NCBI RefSeq assembly: GCF_003918875.1
Contig: NW_025766988.1
Location: 1,054,001-1,118,000 of the forward strand
Direction of reading: 5' to 3'
Length of the DNA: 64,000 nucleotides
Source of the DNA: Haliotis rubra
Lineage: Eukaryota
Within the stretch, counting starts at the first letter, position 1; each line of letters starts with the position of its first letter. This document shows positions 14,526 through 27,808 of this stretch, one piece after another. A program made the translations under genes and the position numbers. The notes below the pieces were generated by a model. It saw only the letters and a program-made list of their open reading frames with translations. It was not told the origin of the DNA and did no database searches.

Positions 14526-15476
14526 ATGATGTCATGAAATGAGTGAGTGAGGTTTTACGCAGCTTTTAGCAACATTCCAGCAACATCATGGTGGGGGACA
14601 CCCGAGAAGCGCTTCACACTTTGGGGAATCAAACCATGGTCTTCGGAGATACAAGTGAACTCTTTAACCACTAGCCTACCACACTGCCATCTCATCATGA
14701 AAAAGATACAGTCCAGCACCATTGTTTCGATATTCATGGGACCAGGAAAAAATATTGAGTTATCCGAACTTCGAGACATCCGACCAGGGCATATCATCAC
14801 ATATCACTATGAAAGAAAACAAAACGCTTCTCAGTATGTTTAGATTCGAAACTATAATCCGTTATCAGTAGTGTTTAGTCGTAACAGTGAGTACTTCCTG
14901 ATTAAATCTTTCTTTAATTAATCCTAATTAAATAACAAACAAGTGACACCTTCAACTCAATTAGCCCTAATTAGTTTACACAACCACATCCCTTTGATTC
15001 ATGTAACCGTGTGGAAACAACCTCAGTTCAGATTTCTGACGAACAGTCTAAATTTACAGCTTTCCAGTCCGATGGTCTGGTAATTTCTTTAGTAAATTTG
15101 AGTAAATTCAACATATCTTGGTGTTTGGTCTGGTTAAATCCATTTTGGGCTGGTAACATTTTGATTACCAGCTCTGATGTCTGGATAGGTTTCTGGCTTA
15201 TTTCATACACTGGCAACAAACTGATAAATGTACTATGAAACACATGGTTTCAGTCGTTCTAGTTAGTTTATAATTATATTTCATTACATTTTAGTAGACC
15301 AACTTTCTGTCCTTATCCGTGTCAAAGAGTGATCAGTTTGTAACAATTGGATGACAAGCAAGACTCTGTTCGACAAACATTACTATCACTTCCTGGTATA
15401 TTTGTCTTGTGTCTTGCTGTATAAACCAGTTAAACACTTAAGCTCCCATTCCTTTCCCACCTGGTGTTCAGACGAT

Positions 15477-16070
15477 CTATTTATTACAGTAGACATAGTA
15501 GATGTGATGAACATGTGTAAAAAGTCTATTTAGATAATATTATTTCAATGAAGCTAATACTAACATCATGGCCATTGTCATATATCAATTAAAAGCAGAC
15601 TCTACCTCCCAGTTGGCTGGCACATGCTGAAATAATGTTCTGGATGTTTATCTATTACAGTAAAACTGATGAACATGTGTACAACACCTATTTTGCTAAT
15701 AATAGTAATATGATTTCCACAAAGCTAATACAACCACCACAGCCATTGTCATTTTATCAATTAAAAGCAGACTCTACCTTTCAGTTGACTGACACATGCT
15801 GAAATAATGTTCTGGATGTTTATCTATTACAGCAGAACTGATGAACATATGTACAAACATCAATTTTGCTTTTGTTATTTCAACGAAATTAATACAACCA
15901 TTGCAGCCATTGTCATTTATCAATTAATAGCAGGCTCTACCTTTCACTACAGTTTCAGTGACTGACACATACACATGATGAAATTATGTTCCGGGTGTTT
16001 ATCTATTGCCATGATTACAGCACATGTGATGAACATGTGTACAACATCATTTTTGTTTATATTGTTTTAA
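15477..16070. repeat. Diverged tandem repeat, about 3.3 units of 170-190 bp
   Basis: Recurring gatgaacatgtgtac...gccattgtcat...atcaattaaaagcagactctacct...cacatgctgaaataatgttctggatgtttatctatt. Confidence 0.85.
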
Positions 16071-18401
16071 TGAGTTTGAATTTGACCCCTAACCTTATTG
16101 TTATGATTATACTGACTGACTGACTGAGTTTGGTTTTACGCCGCTTTTAGCAATATTCCAGCAACATAACGGCAAGGACACCAGAAATGGGCTTCACACA
16201 TTGTACCCATGTGGGGATTCGAACCCAGGTCTTCTGCGGTTATGATTATACAATGCAATAACACAATAAATAGATTAACAGGTGTATATTGATATTTTAA
16301 TGTATGGTATAAAAAAAGAATGTAGGAAGTATTTTTCTGTCTTATATAGAAGAAGACTGACAATAACAATGTTTACTGGTGAATGACAATCCATTTCACA
16401 GTGCCATGTAAGTGCTGAACATGTTTTAATTAGCAATATCACATTTCGATCACTGAATTTGTCTGGAGTATCTGTGCACGAGTCAGCCAACTGGAAGGTA
16501 GGGAGAGTCAGCTTTGTTTGAATTTAACTTCGTTAAACACACATAACAAATAAAAGAAATGTTTTACACACGTTCATCACATTTACTGTAGTAAATAAAC
16601 ATCCGGAAGACCACAGGGATACTTGCGATTTAAAGGAATGACAAACGAAAAGTAGGTACATATACAAACTGAAACAAAGATTGTCAGTTCGTTGTAAAGA
16701 AACCAATACGGAGAAGTTTGTGGGGAAAAAAGCGCTTTCGTTCTCTGCCTTTGTATTGACACGGCTGGTAAACGCATCAGTTAAGCACTATGACTATATA
16801 CAAAGTGTAGAAAAGTGTGAATACACTACCTTTTTGAGTCAGATATTGCTGGAATGTATTGTTATTACATCAGCGAATGCCTAATGAAAACACGGAAGTG
16901 TCGTTGAAGGGGGAGATAAGTCTCAAGATCGGCCCGTTACTGCATACCACGTAACAATTCTTGGGGCTAAGATTTGATACTGCGTCAATGTTAAAATACT
17001 TTTGTGCGATATATTGCAAGCTGATTGTGTTTGAACAGGATACAGAATATTAAGTACTCATTATTTAATTTTTCCTCTTTAGAACATCAAGGAGATATCA
17101 ACTGATTACCAAACAAGTAACAGACGTATTGTAGGAGTAATTTTACAAACGTGTGTACATGTACGTAGGCGTAACATAGGCGGATCCAGAGGATACTTTT
17201 GTCCTGAAAGTTTATTAAATGACCATCAAATCTCTCGTGAAAACGGGTGAAAATGAACTCTTCATCTCCCCCACCCCCAACACCATCTAAAATAGAGAGA
17301 GCATGTGTGCGTGAGTGAGTGAAGGAGAAGAGAAGTGAAGGAGACCGAGAATGGGATGTATGTGAATATATGTGCATTCTGATACACATAGAATTCCATA
17401 ATGTTGCTATATACAGTATATATTTCATGCAGGGATAAATCATGTGAGCGTACTGTTGACACGGGGCTGTACTGTAAAGCTTCAAATACACAGAAAAAAC
17501 CCCCAAACATTTATAGCTGAAATTGATACATGTTATGTATTCGCTGGTCTACTGATTTGGACTTCAGTAGTTTGAGATTGAGAAACATGTCGACCAGTGA
17601 AAGTCTCCGTCAATGCCTTACAATATATACTGGTGACAGTCACTGTCGTTACCACAGCGCAAGGATACATGTGCATGATCAGGACTATTCTTATTATGAC
17701 TGGTAACGTTATTCCTGAAAACTTTCGGATTACTTTTGTGGAAAAACAGGAAGTCAAATAATAAATCATATCAAATAAAGACTTGGTTCAAATTTAGCCC
17801 ATGGTATCTAACTGAATAATATTCCATGATCATCTATTATGTTGGGTGTAAATATCCGTCAGATAAATGATACAGCTATATTAGTACGTTCAAGTGACTT
17901 TGCTACACTTATATGAAGAGGGTGGAGGTTGTGTTTGTGTGTATCTTTCGTATGGGGCTACAAGCTTTTTTGAAGCATACTGATCATGTGCACTACCGGG
18001 TAATGAACGAACATAAGCTTGTTTAATGGTGGCAAATGGTGAAACAATATGAACTGGTTCTTTGAAATGGTGATGTATTTAATACGGGTGTCATGAATGT
18101 GTTCCGGCCCTGACGTTAGCAGTGTATCGACCACTGTTTTCTGAGTATTACAGTTTTGGTAATGTTTGTAATTGTTTTGTAAAATCCAGTATTCCAGTGA
18201 ATACTTATCTCTGCCCGACCGTTGCTGTAAAATAAGCCCAGATTTGAATGGACACTGTTCATGCATGGATGTTCTGGGTACTAAACATGCCTGTTGTGAA
18301 AATAATAGAGTTAAAAGGCATGAAAGAATATTGCATTTGTATCAGCACTTTGAATTTCTGAGTTCGATTGGCATTGATCGGTGGTGAGTGTGGATCATTG
18401 C

Positions 18402-18546
18402 NNNNNNNNNNNNNNNNNNNNNNNNNNNNNNNNNNNNNNNNNNNNNNNNNNNNNNNNNNNNNNNNNNNNNNNNNNNNNNNNNNNNNNNNNNNNNNNNNNN
18501 NNNNNNNNNNNNNNNNNNNNNNNNNNNNNNNNNNNNNNNNNNNNNN
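18402..18546. other. Assembly gap
   Basis: Run of N. Confidence 1.
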
Positions 18547-19687
18547 CATTTCCCCCTAACCTTTAGATTTTATGAAATATGTGCAGCCTCACTTCTCCAA
18601 AATCCTGGATCCTCCTCTGGCGGTAGAAGGGTTTTGACTCTTCCCAGACTAAGGCGATTTCGTGTTTACCTCCTTTTGTTCGTCGCATAACGCTGCACTC
18701 GGAAATGTTCCAATCTGTAGTCTAGGTCAGACTATCAAGTGGTTGATATAACAGCTGTCTAAGATGATATGCAAATCAGCCAAACAGCTTTACTACCCGA
18801 TTAATTAAGTGACTTCTTGTGCCAGTAAAGGTGTCGCGGGACTAATTCTCCGAATCCGTATCACATTAAACATTTGACAAAAATAGCAATAGGATAAATA
18901 ATTAGTCGTTTAGACAAAGGAAACAAAGTTTAACATGATTTTACTGCGTCCACATCGTTCCTGAATTCCATGAAAGAACGAACTTCACTGAATGTTTCCT
19001 GTCACTTGGTTGCACTCGCTGTGGGCGACTTAACTCAACTGTAACAGCGTCTCTCCTGGTGACAATACCTGTAGTTTCATGTTTGTTCCTGTACTCAAAT
19101 GAAACCTTTTTGGATAACAGACTCAAAGTCATTTGTGACTATTTATTCACCTCGTGTGATATACACATAATAAATGCACAACTTGAAAAGAAAAACGAAT
19201 ATTTGTTCGATAGACAGTAACAATCATGTGCTGGATCATGACGTCTAACACCGTTCTCTTAAGGAACACGCATGGAGGTCACGGAACTTGAATATCCATC
19301 ATTTATATATAATTATATACTGACGTACATGGATATGCATAGTTTACGACATTCAAGTACTTGGATCATGCCTTGCTAATATGATTGTGTCGACGTCCTG
19401 GATCATGCATCGTTAACATTTGTCGACGTCCCGGTGCAAAACATCCCAAGCACAGAAGATACACTTTACATATATAGTATATAATAATGTATTATTTCAA
19501 TATATGAAAAAAAGACCGTGAAATGATACACATCACAGGCATATGATAACACATGCTAAAAGTACAGGGTTCCATGTACAGAGATACATGTCATACATGC
19601 TTTTAACTGTCGAGTACATATCTATAAATATGACTCATTGTCAGTGAAGCAGTAGATGATGATGGTTGGACGGTCATTTGAAGAGAG

Positions 19688-20945
19688 TTATGACGTCACA
19701 AAGGTGACGGAGTGGCACAGTAGTTGAAGTTTCATGAGATCTTCGTTGATTGGCGGAGTGGAAGATTTCAGTTTGTCCAACCTTGCGCGCGTTTCCAAAA
19801 TATTGTTTTCTGTCTTTGATAAGTGCGTTGTGTTGCTGCACCGGATTAACTTCTCTTGTCGGAGGAGCTGAGAGACGCTTCTCTTTGCCTGCAATCAAGG
19901 AAACATTTTCGAAAACTATTCCATAGGATAAAAAACCACGGCAAACAACTCATAACATTTTTCCTGGTGTTCATTTTTCAAATGTCCACGTTGTCGACAG
20001 GAAAATTGTTGTATTCGAATTTCCAATAGTCAACGCTTTGGCACGGGTATAATACCTTATACATTTGAGACAAAGTGAATGCATGTAGTTTTTCGCTACA
20101 GTAAGGACTATTCCAATCTTATCACAACATATATACAATTCATAATTGGGAAAGTCAAACCGAAGGTCGATAACATGAACAACATTCCACTCTGTCGGAG
20201 TAAGATGACACATATTTTCAGTGTAGTCAGCTCTCAGACTCAGTAAACAAGCACCTGCAGTTCCACCTTATTGTATGCCGAGAAGTATACAGACGCCTGG
20301 CATTTGGTCGGCGGGAGTTCCCAGGAAGTGAAAGAATGCCATTTGCACTAAAAATTCACTATACATGCTGGGCGGTGGGGTAGCCTAGTGGTTAAAGCGT
20401 TGGCTCGTCACGCCGAAGACCCGGGTTCGATTCCCCACATGGGTACAATGTGTGAAGCCCATTTCTGGTGTCCCCCGCCGTGATATTGCTGGAATATTGC
20501 TAAAAGCGGCGTAAGACTAAACTCAGTCAGTCAGTCAGTCACTATACATGCTGATGTGCTATTCATCAAAAGTCTGCTAGGGATCACCAGTATAATATCT
20601 CAGTCAAACCTTGAGTGGTCTATTGGGATGTGCGCAAAGACATGCAGATAGGACGGTACAAGGTCAACCACATTTATTAGTATGTGTGTGAACATGTCCT
20701 GACTAAACCCTTTTATTGTGACAACCCACTGATATATCAAACCGTATATTAACCTAGGTACCCTACTCACACACAGTATACGGACCCCCAGACTCCTTCT
20801 TTTATCCCCTTAACGCAGATGGCCAGGCAGGGTAACAAGTACTACATTGTAACACAGCCGGGGATCGAACAGCGACCTTCCTCAGGGCTGAGACTATACT
20901 TACTGGGGAGTTCCAGGGGTTTCTGCTGTGGTTCCACTTTCCCAT
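19688..20945 (-). CDS. Candidate small spliced gene (about 80 aa): coding exons 20945-20904 and 19888-19688
   Basis: Acceptor tcttctacag at 20960, ATG 20945, donor CCA|gtaagt (phase 0), acceptor ccttgattgcag at 19889 in frame with ORF 19688..19894. Upstream non-coding exon ends AAG|gtaagg at 21541. No recognisable domain. Confidence 0.4.
20371..20538 (+). mobile_element. tRNA-derived SINE family A, full-length copy
   Basis: A box TAGCCTAGTGG, B box GGTTCGATTCC, (TCAG/TCAC)n tail, 15-bp TSD TCACTATACATGCTG (20356-20370, 20539-20553). Other copies at about 13090-13216(+), 13432-13594(-), 14541-14688(-), 16111-16238(-), 23850-23985(+), 27340-27466(+), 46220-46342(+), 60558-60642(+), 61279-61440(+). 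Confidence 0.92.
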
Positions 20946-21607
20946 GATACTCCTGTTATCTGTAGAAGACGATACAGTGATTGTAGATCAATTTGTATCT
21001 CAAACCTCCCAATACAACACTACTGACGGGCACGAATAATTTAAAACACTCCTTCGGAAACGGTAAGCTTATATCCTAGATAAGACATTTTGACACTTTT
21101 GATAGTCCTCAAACAATACAATATTTTTTCTGATAACCACTAGAACAATTTTAATTTGCAATATCTTATTACTCCTTACACGCCTAAGGTTGAGTTGGGT
21201 TGGACTTTACGTCACATCGGCATTATTATAGGATATTTTATTCCAGCCTAACATGCCTTAGGTATTGAATTATCAATCTAGGCCGTATTGTATTGAAATT
21301 CGTTTAGTCTTCATATTTACTAGTTATACTTAAAATCAGTTTGGGAAACACATATGTACATGTCAGTTCCAATAATAAAAATATCCACTAGGCGAAAATG
21401 CAGCGCAATCTCTCCCTTCAATATCAATCTCATCCCCCGCTATGAATACAAAGATTCAGTATATATTTATATTAAGAGCGAATATATATTAACCGATAGC
21501 TTAATGAAAACGAAGGACATTAACAGATTCAGCTCCTTACCTTGTGTCTTGTAAGAGTTCTTCAGTAGAGAAATATGGCTACCTGTGACAACACGGCATG
21601 ACGCGAC

Positions 21608-21709
21608 TATTTATATACATTGACAACGGTTAACCGCCTTGCTGTAGTCAACGCGTAAACCCGGAAGTGATCTGTCGCCATATCGGACACCGTGTTGGGT
21701 ATATAAATA
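21608..21709. promoter_or_regulatory. Putative bidirectional core promoter
   Basis: Identical GTATATAAATA on minus (21618-21608) and plus (21699-21709), flanking an ETS-type CCGGAAGTG (21661-21669). Confidence 0.45.
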
Positions 21710-22373
21710 ACCTACTCACTGCTGCGGTTAAACTCGATATGGTTAGATACGCGTGTAAAGTGTTCTGCAGTTAAAACTGAACTATACCTATACTCATAAT
21801 TATTTTTATTCCATAGATATGTGCGAGTTAGTTTATGAGTGTCTGTAATCAAAAGCATAGGAAAATTATATTTATATCCTCCCAAATCCCTTGACTGCAC
21901 AACTGAATACTACATGTATTTGAGTCCTTGATAACCAAGAAGAACGACCAGTCTCTCTTGACTCATGCATTCACTATGGAGTTAAACACTGTTATAAATA
22001 AAGGGAACGCTATAGTTAATCTACGGTAAATCTCTATCAGCGCCCGATCAAGAGTTACAAGCCGCTTTCTGACGCTGCAGTGAAAGAAAACACTCTGTCG
22101 CCTGATCGATCATTTACAGGTTGCTGTGATATATATGGAATATTGCAGGGCGTTGAACGACATGTAAACAGATCTTCGGTCGGGACACATCAGAAAAGGA
22201 CGAAAAGATTTACTGTATTAGGACATTGTTGAGAAGTCCAATGACAATAACAGTCGTTTACTGTGACACACACACACAGCAGATTGCTTCAGCCGATTCT
22301 CCTAACAGAAACGTACGACCCGAGAAGATCCGGGATAGAACATGCTTTCAGCAACTAACGCTTGACTAACGGA

Positions 22374-22375
<2 letters not shown>

Positions 22376-22436
<61 letters not shown>
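22376..22436. repeat. (TG)n microsatellite
   Basis: About 30 perfect TG units inside a family B copy. Confidence 0.97.
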
Positions 22437-22437
<1 letters not shown>

Positions 22438-24186
22438 CTCCATGGCTTTTTATGCATGTCGTATTCAAATTGCGTTGGTCAGTGCTCATGATATCAATCA
22501 CTTGGTTGTCTGGTCCAGACTCGATTATTTACAGACCGCCGTCATATACTTGGAATACAGCCGAATGAGCGTCAAGCAACATACAACAACAGAAGAGTAC
22601 AACCAGTATCATGATTGGCTAAATTTAATTCATAAGGTTGAAAACATAGGTATGTGCGAAAGTAGGTATGAACGTGATTAATAAATTGCGAAACAGAAAA
22701 CAGTAACCCATTCCGGTTTGTTGCAATCGAAGACAAACAAATTACAATATTAGGAAGAAACACAGAGGTAACATTTTCCTTTTCCTTGTATATTGAAACC
22801 ATACTGAACAACATTACTAAACTTGGGAATAATTTTAAGTAACAAATAGTGAAATTAAGTCCGAATTTGGGAACTGCTATAAATGAATTGTGTTTGAGCA
22901 GAATTTTACTCTGTATTCTGCTCTCACCAATACATGGCGTCTCTGCAGTCAATGCGAGACCTTTAAACACATTCAACAACTTTAAAACATTCAAAGAACT
23001 TGCAACGTACACAACAAACTGTTTCAATATGAACAGAAATGAAGGAACACCTTATAGACTTCATTAGACACTGAATTCTACAATAAAGGGCAAATGGAAT
23101 TATACAAATGCAGGGCAAAGGAAGTAAACACCCGAAGCTTTGATTTGAAATAATAATTACAAACGTAACAGTAGTGTTGGGAATTGGTTGAAATCTCACA
23201 ATTGATGATTGCTTCATTACCAACGAACAATCATCGAAAAAAATTGGTTAGCGTCATTTTTCAGATTTTCCTATCCAGGTTGTTACTGCAGAAAAGTATA
23301 ACATGTTGCTACTTGCTACATTAAAGTGATGACTAATATATCATGAACATAAACTTCCTGGAGTCTTAGAGAAATATTTAGTCATGACTTTTCAGTTAGT
23401 GGAGTGAGTTTTCTAAGAAATAAACATGTTTTCAGGCCCTGACAACTTCTAAGATATGTTCCATTGTCAAGTATTTCAAAGACTAAAACAGTAGTTCCAA
23501 AATCGTTTATGTTCGATTATGAGAAAATGTGATCGATTGCTTGGTCGTTTGGTCACTGCGACCAATCTTCGATTATTTCAATTAGTCGGACCACCACTAC
23601 GTAACAGTACCCGAAAAACAACAAACCAAAGGTAAAAAACTCAGCTATAATAGAAGCATCAATTACATAATCTTTGAATTACCCTATCATGTTTGTGTAA
23701 TGAAGCAACCAATAAACATGCAAGTATGCTTTCTTTGCACGGTATTGCTTTTTTTCACACAAATGAAACTATTTCCTAGCGCTAACATCAACATGTAGCT
23801 GGAAGACTGGGATAACACTGCTTTGAATAGTTATCAATTATTATATCACGGGTGGTTACTTGAAATTGGTGTTGGTGTGTTGGAGCACCACATAGGTACG
23901 ATACGTGAAGTCCATTGCTGGCATGCCGCACCGTGACGTTACTGGAACATTCCTACAAGCTGCGAATAAAACACCTCACTCACACACTGTTTTGAAGTAA
24001 ATCAATGCGGGGTTCTGTGCCGACCTAGGATCAATGTCGGGACTTTAAACCAAAGTTTAGGAAGTCAAACCGATAATCATCAGTTGCGTGAAAGTACACG
24101 TACAGCCGCCTTTGGCTGCTGTGCCACCGTGCCTCCTGAAGTAGTCTAGACACCATGCGTACCATGGACATCCTGTACTGCACCAA

Positions 24187-26421
24187 CTAGGGCCCTGCCG
24201 GACGTTCTATCTTCACAAGGGCTGTGTCCTTCACGTTTACATGATGGGCTTCGACCCTCCCCGAAGTTTGTTCTCGCCTTGTGTAGCACCTACTATAGCT
24301 ATAAGATTTGAAAAGGTGTTGATGAGATCTCCAGTGTTCGATGTTATCAAACATAGGCCATGATTCTCTTTGCACATAGGGCCTCTTCCTGTACTGCGTC
24401 GGAGGACTACAGGACTCTGACCTTTGATCACAAACGACAATTCTAGTGTCACAACGAGAGTTCCTTCCTTCTGGACACTTGGTGGTACAGTCTAAAGCAG
24501 TGTTGCCCCAAAATTCTTTAACAGGTTTTGTGTCATCAACGGCAATGGGCAAATTCGTGGCGTGATGTTTTCTAGGAAGCGTACCTGGAGATACTCTCTC
24601 ATCAGTGGAACTGGACTGAGTTGTACCATCGGTAGAACCTTCTGGTCTACTGTTTGTCACTGAGCAACTGTTGATAGAATGTGATAAATCCGAAGATTCT
24701 GACATAAAAGTTCCGTTCTTCTCTACAAATGAATGGGGAATCTGTGACATCATTGGCACAGATTGAGTTCTGAGTGAATCTGTTGCTGATGCTTTGGTTG
24801 GATGCTGATACCGAACCGGACTCATTGACACCCATTGTGTTGATATGGGAGGTGTTGACTCTGGATTGCCTTCTTTGTTTTCAGGACTAGCTGGAACAGA
24901 AGCATCATCTTCCTCTGGACGATGTTTCGAATCAGATCTAAAAACCTCGTTCTTGTAATCATGTTCCATCTTCAAGGGAGCCATTGGACTCTCTGGCAAG
25001 TTTTCATAGGCGTCTTTTGACGTGTCTGGTGAATATGTACATTGCTGTTCATCTATGATGAGTTTCATCGCGTCTTCTGAATCAGCCAAAATATCAGGAA
25101 TCCATTCTTGGTTATCTTCTTCAGTGAAAGGGATACCCAGTGAGGAATATTCTTTGTGTGATATTTCTTCTTTACATATTGATTCCAACTCATTCTTTTC
25201 TTCAGTTGGAATGACGGGAATGGGTGTTGACGTGTTCAGTATGATATCAGTCAAATGATATTCTTCTCCAGAAACTTCAAAAGACCCCTGACCTGGTGCT
25301 GGTGACATAGTGGTGTCCATGTATCTCGTGGATGTCTTGCTCTTTAGTACCGTTACTTTAGAAGATTTGGTTACTCTAGTCTCCTCAGCTGATGGCACAT
25401 GTAGGATTTTCTTGAGGGAAGATAAAGCCTTGACTCTTTCTACTCCAGGGCATTCCCCTGTCTCTGATGTTTTCTTCTCCAAATGTTCACTGGGCGCCTT
25501 CTTCACGTCTGCTTCTGGTATGTAATATATTTTCTTGTTAAGTAAAACGGAACATGACTTCGTCTTTGTGGTGTGTTCTTTTGTGCCAAGAGCTGCCGGA
25601 GCATTGGTTAAATGCTTTGTGGATTTAGTCTGAAGTGCTTTAGAGAGCAGGTTCGCAGCAGTTGTTTTAGGTTTCTTGTGGTTCATTTGACATGTTCCTT
25701 TGAGTGATGCTAATTTTCCCCCTTCAGACTCAACTTTATGGACGTCTGATTCAAAAACTGTCATTTTGTCTCTTTCGCTTACATCATCATTTTTCTTTTT
25801 CAAAAGGTTTCCACTGCCCAAGAACTTCTTGCTTCTACCTTGACTAGCTCCAGTGAGATTGCTGTGTGATTGCTGCGGAGATTCACTCCTCTTCTTCTTT
25901 ACTTGTCTAGGATCAACTCCAATGAAACAACTATGAGTTGGAGAGCCACTACTCTTGTGAGGCACAACATCCCCCATCTCTATATGGCAATCTTTGTCAG
26001 CAGTTGTGATCATGCCTGTGATTCCATGTGTTGACACGATGGCAGTAGGTACAGCTGCAGCTCCTCCACCATCCTCGGTGTACCTTTTAGGGTAGGAATA
26101 TTTGGGTTTTTCTCCCTGTAACTTGGTGATACACCTGAAGTACGACTTCCCATTACAATTGTGCTCATGTACGTCCGAGTCGATCCAGGACACAGTCAAA
26201 TGCTTCATTTTCTTCTTCGGAAGATTTCTGAGGAACTTGCCTATTTCCTGACGTATTCTCCCTGGCATGAGCCTTTTCAAGTGTCGACGGATGTTGAGTG
26301 ATTTTCCTATGTAGATTGTCTTGTGTTTGTAGGCGATCTTAAACACACCCCTCATTGGGTGTTTGTTTGGCAGCTCATAGTACGGCATATGGCTTGTTTG
26401 GAGGAGCTCACACGGTGGTAC
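24187..26421 (-). CDS. ZnF-GIY-YIG family copy 1, coding exon 2 (GIY-YIG-like domain plus about 630-aa low-complexity tail); joined protein about 892 aa
   Basis: Phase-0 acceptor ttctcctcag|GTA at 26421, in frame with the 733-aa ORF. Motif GVFKIAYKHKTIYIGKSLNIRRHL...HEHNC...SYFRCITKLQGEKPKY. Confidence 0.88.
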   Translation of the reverse strand, partial: VPPCELLQTSHMPYYELPNKHPMRGVFKIAYKHKTIYIGKSLNIRRHLKRLMPGRIRQEIGKFLRNLPKKKMKHLTVSWIDSDVHEHNCNGKSYFRCITKLQGEKPKYSYPKRYTEDGGGAAAVPTAIVSTHGITGMITTADKDCHIEMGDVVPHKSSGSPTHSCFIGVDPRQVKKKRSESPQQSHSNLTGASQGRSKKFLGSGNLLKKKNDDVSERDKMTVFESDVHKVESEGGKLASLKGTCQMNHKKPKTTAANLLSKALQTKSTKHLTNAPAALGTKEHTTKTKSCSVLLNKKIYYIPEADVKKAPSEHLEKKTSETGECPGVERVKALSSLKKILHVPSAEETRVTKSSKVTVLKSKTSTRYMDTTMSPAPGQGSFEVSGEEYHLTDIILNTSTPIPVIPTEEKNELESICKEEISHKEYSSLGIPFTEEDNQEWIPDILADSEDAMKLIIDEQQCTYSPDTSKDAYENLPESPMAPLKMEHDYKNEVFRSDSKHRPEEDDASVPASPENKEGNPESTPPISTQWVSMSPVRYQHPTKASATDSLRTQSVPMMSQIPHSFVEKNGTFMSESSDLSHSINSCSVTNSRPEGSTDGTTQSSSTDERVSPGTLPRKHHATNLPIAVDDTKPVKEFWGNTALDCTTKCPEGRNSRCDTRIVVCDQRSESCSPPTQYRKRPYVQRESWPMFDNIEHWRSHQHLFKSYSYSRCYTRREQTSGRVEAHHVNVKDTALVKIERPAGP

Positions 26422-26654
26422 CTGAGGAGAAGGTATTTATAATATATTCACTTTGTGAACTGCCAGACAAAACAATTTTCATCAACAGAAGTTTGCAATT
26501 GAATACTTAACTGATTATCACTGATACCTGTTCCGCAGAATACGTTGCTGCTCTCAATCTGACATTTGTATTTACAGTGAAGTTGTGACTTGTCATTGTT
26601 TTTTACGTAAACAGAAGCATTATTAAACAAATACTAAACTTTTCCATACATTAC

Positions 26655-27098
26655 CTTCTTAAGCGTATCTGAATTTTGATATTGTGGGGTAATGAAAGAT
26701 CCAGGTACTTGGCTATCATGGGCCAGACTCACACCAGGTATTTTGTTTGTTTTGACTGACCCCAAACCACTGTGTGTCTTTGTACCACTGAGTCTGGCTG
26801 TTTCCTGTTCAGATGTCCAGTCCTTGGCATCTGATCTGTCCGGAAGATATTTTGATTTTCTAGGTCTACCTGGCCCATATATGACAGGTAGTTCATCTTC
26901 TGAGGCAATTTCTGTTTTAGTTCCAAAAATTGGAAAGGACTCTTGTAGATTTGACGTCTTCCTGAGGTCTTCATGCTTCACTGGCAGACAGCCACAATAG
27001 CCGCATGCATGTCCCTCAGGTTGTGGTACATATTGGGCACACTGTCCACATGCGCAGCTTCCCCGGGGAACACCTCGCTTGTCTTCAACGTAGGACAT
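26655..27098 (-). CDS. ZnF-GIY-YIG family copy 1, coding exon 1 (Cys6-His module plus linker)
   Basis: Acceptor cgcag|G at 27116, ATG 27098 (MSYVEDKRGVPRGSCACGQCAQYVPQPEGHACGYCGCLPVKH), phase-0 donor AAG|gtaatg after 26655. Confidence 0.85.
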
Positions 27099-27808
27099 CA
27101 GGAAGTATCCAGCAACCTGCGTTAATGCAGAGAAGTTAGGCAGATGACTAGTTATCATATTTGCTCCATGCCATCTTAATTGTTATCATTTCAACCCTGT
27201 TTTAATAAATTTAACATGCATCACCATTTTCTTTAAATTTATTTCACGATGGTCAAACATTGGTACTCTTAAACTACAAATGTCCTGACATATATCTAAT
27301 ACATCCCAGCACCTAACCATGTACCCTGTAATTGTTTGGGATGGTCGGGTAGCCTACTAGTTTGATTCCCCTCATGGGTGAAATGTGTGAAGCCCATTTT
27401 TGGTGTCCGCCACTGTGATATTGCTGGAATATTGCTAAAAGCGGCGTAAAACTCACTCACTACTCATAACAGTTAAAATATATAAACGTGGCTCCATGCA
27501 AATATGCTACAAATATGGAATCCATGAAGATCCAGGTTAGAATTTGTTTTCAGCAATCCTTATGAAGCAGATAATTTTAATAGGATCATGCAGTCAGGCC
27601 TGCTGACTTCACTGATTCATCTCATATATCATCATCTCCCATTCCATAGATCGATCCTCATGACGTCACTCACAGGTATTTCTAGTTCAGAGTGCCATAA
27701 TATAGCTGGAGCAGCTGAGCGCTTTATAAAGCATCAAACAAGCATAATTAGGCTAGTCATAGGATGTATCAGATAAACTCATCTCCATCCAGTGTTCCAG
27801 ACCTGATC

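Noticed and set aside
16830-16900. Possible first non-coding exon of the TRIM gene
   Set aside because: An ETS-like CGGAAGTG is present but the donor (AAG|gtagtg) is weak; not supportable without transcripts.
18259-18690. ORFs spanning N runs (also 30522-30812)
   Set aside because: Artefacts of assembly gaps.
20371-20445. tRNA genes (also 50300-50382 and 61279-61350)
   Set aside because: The tRNA-like heads continue into SINE bodies with tails, and clear TSDs are present in two of the three; no complete cloverleaf with terminator.
22572-23027. 151-aa minus-strand ORF
   Set aside because: AT-rich, no motif, no convincing splice signals, overlaps a SINE tail.
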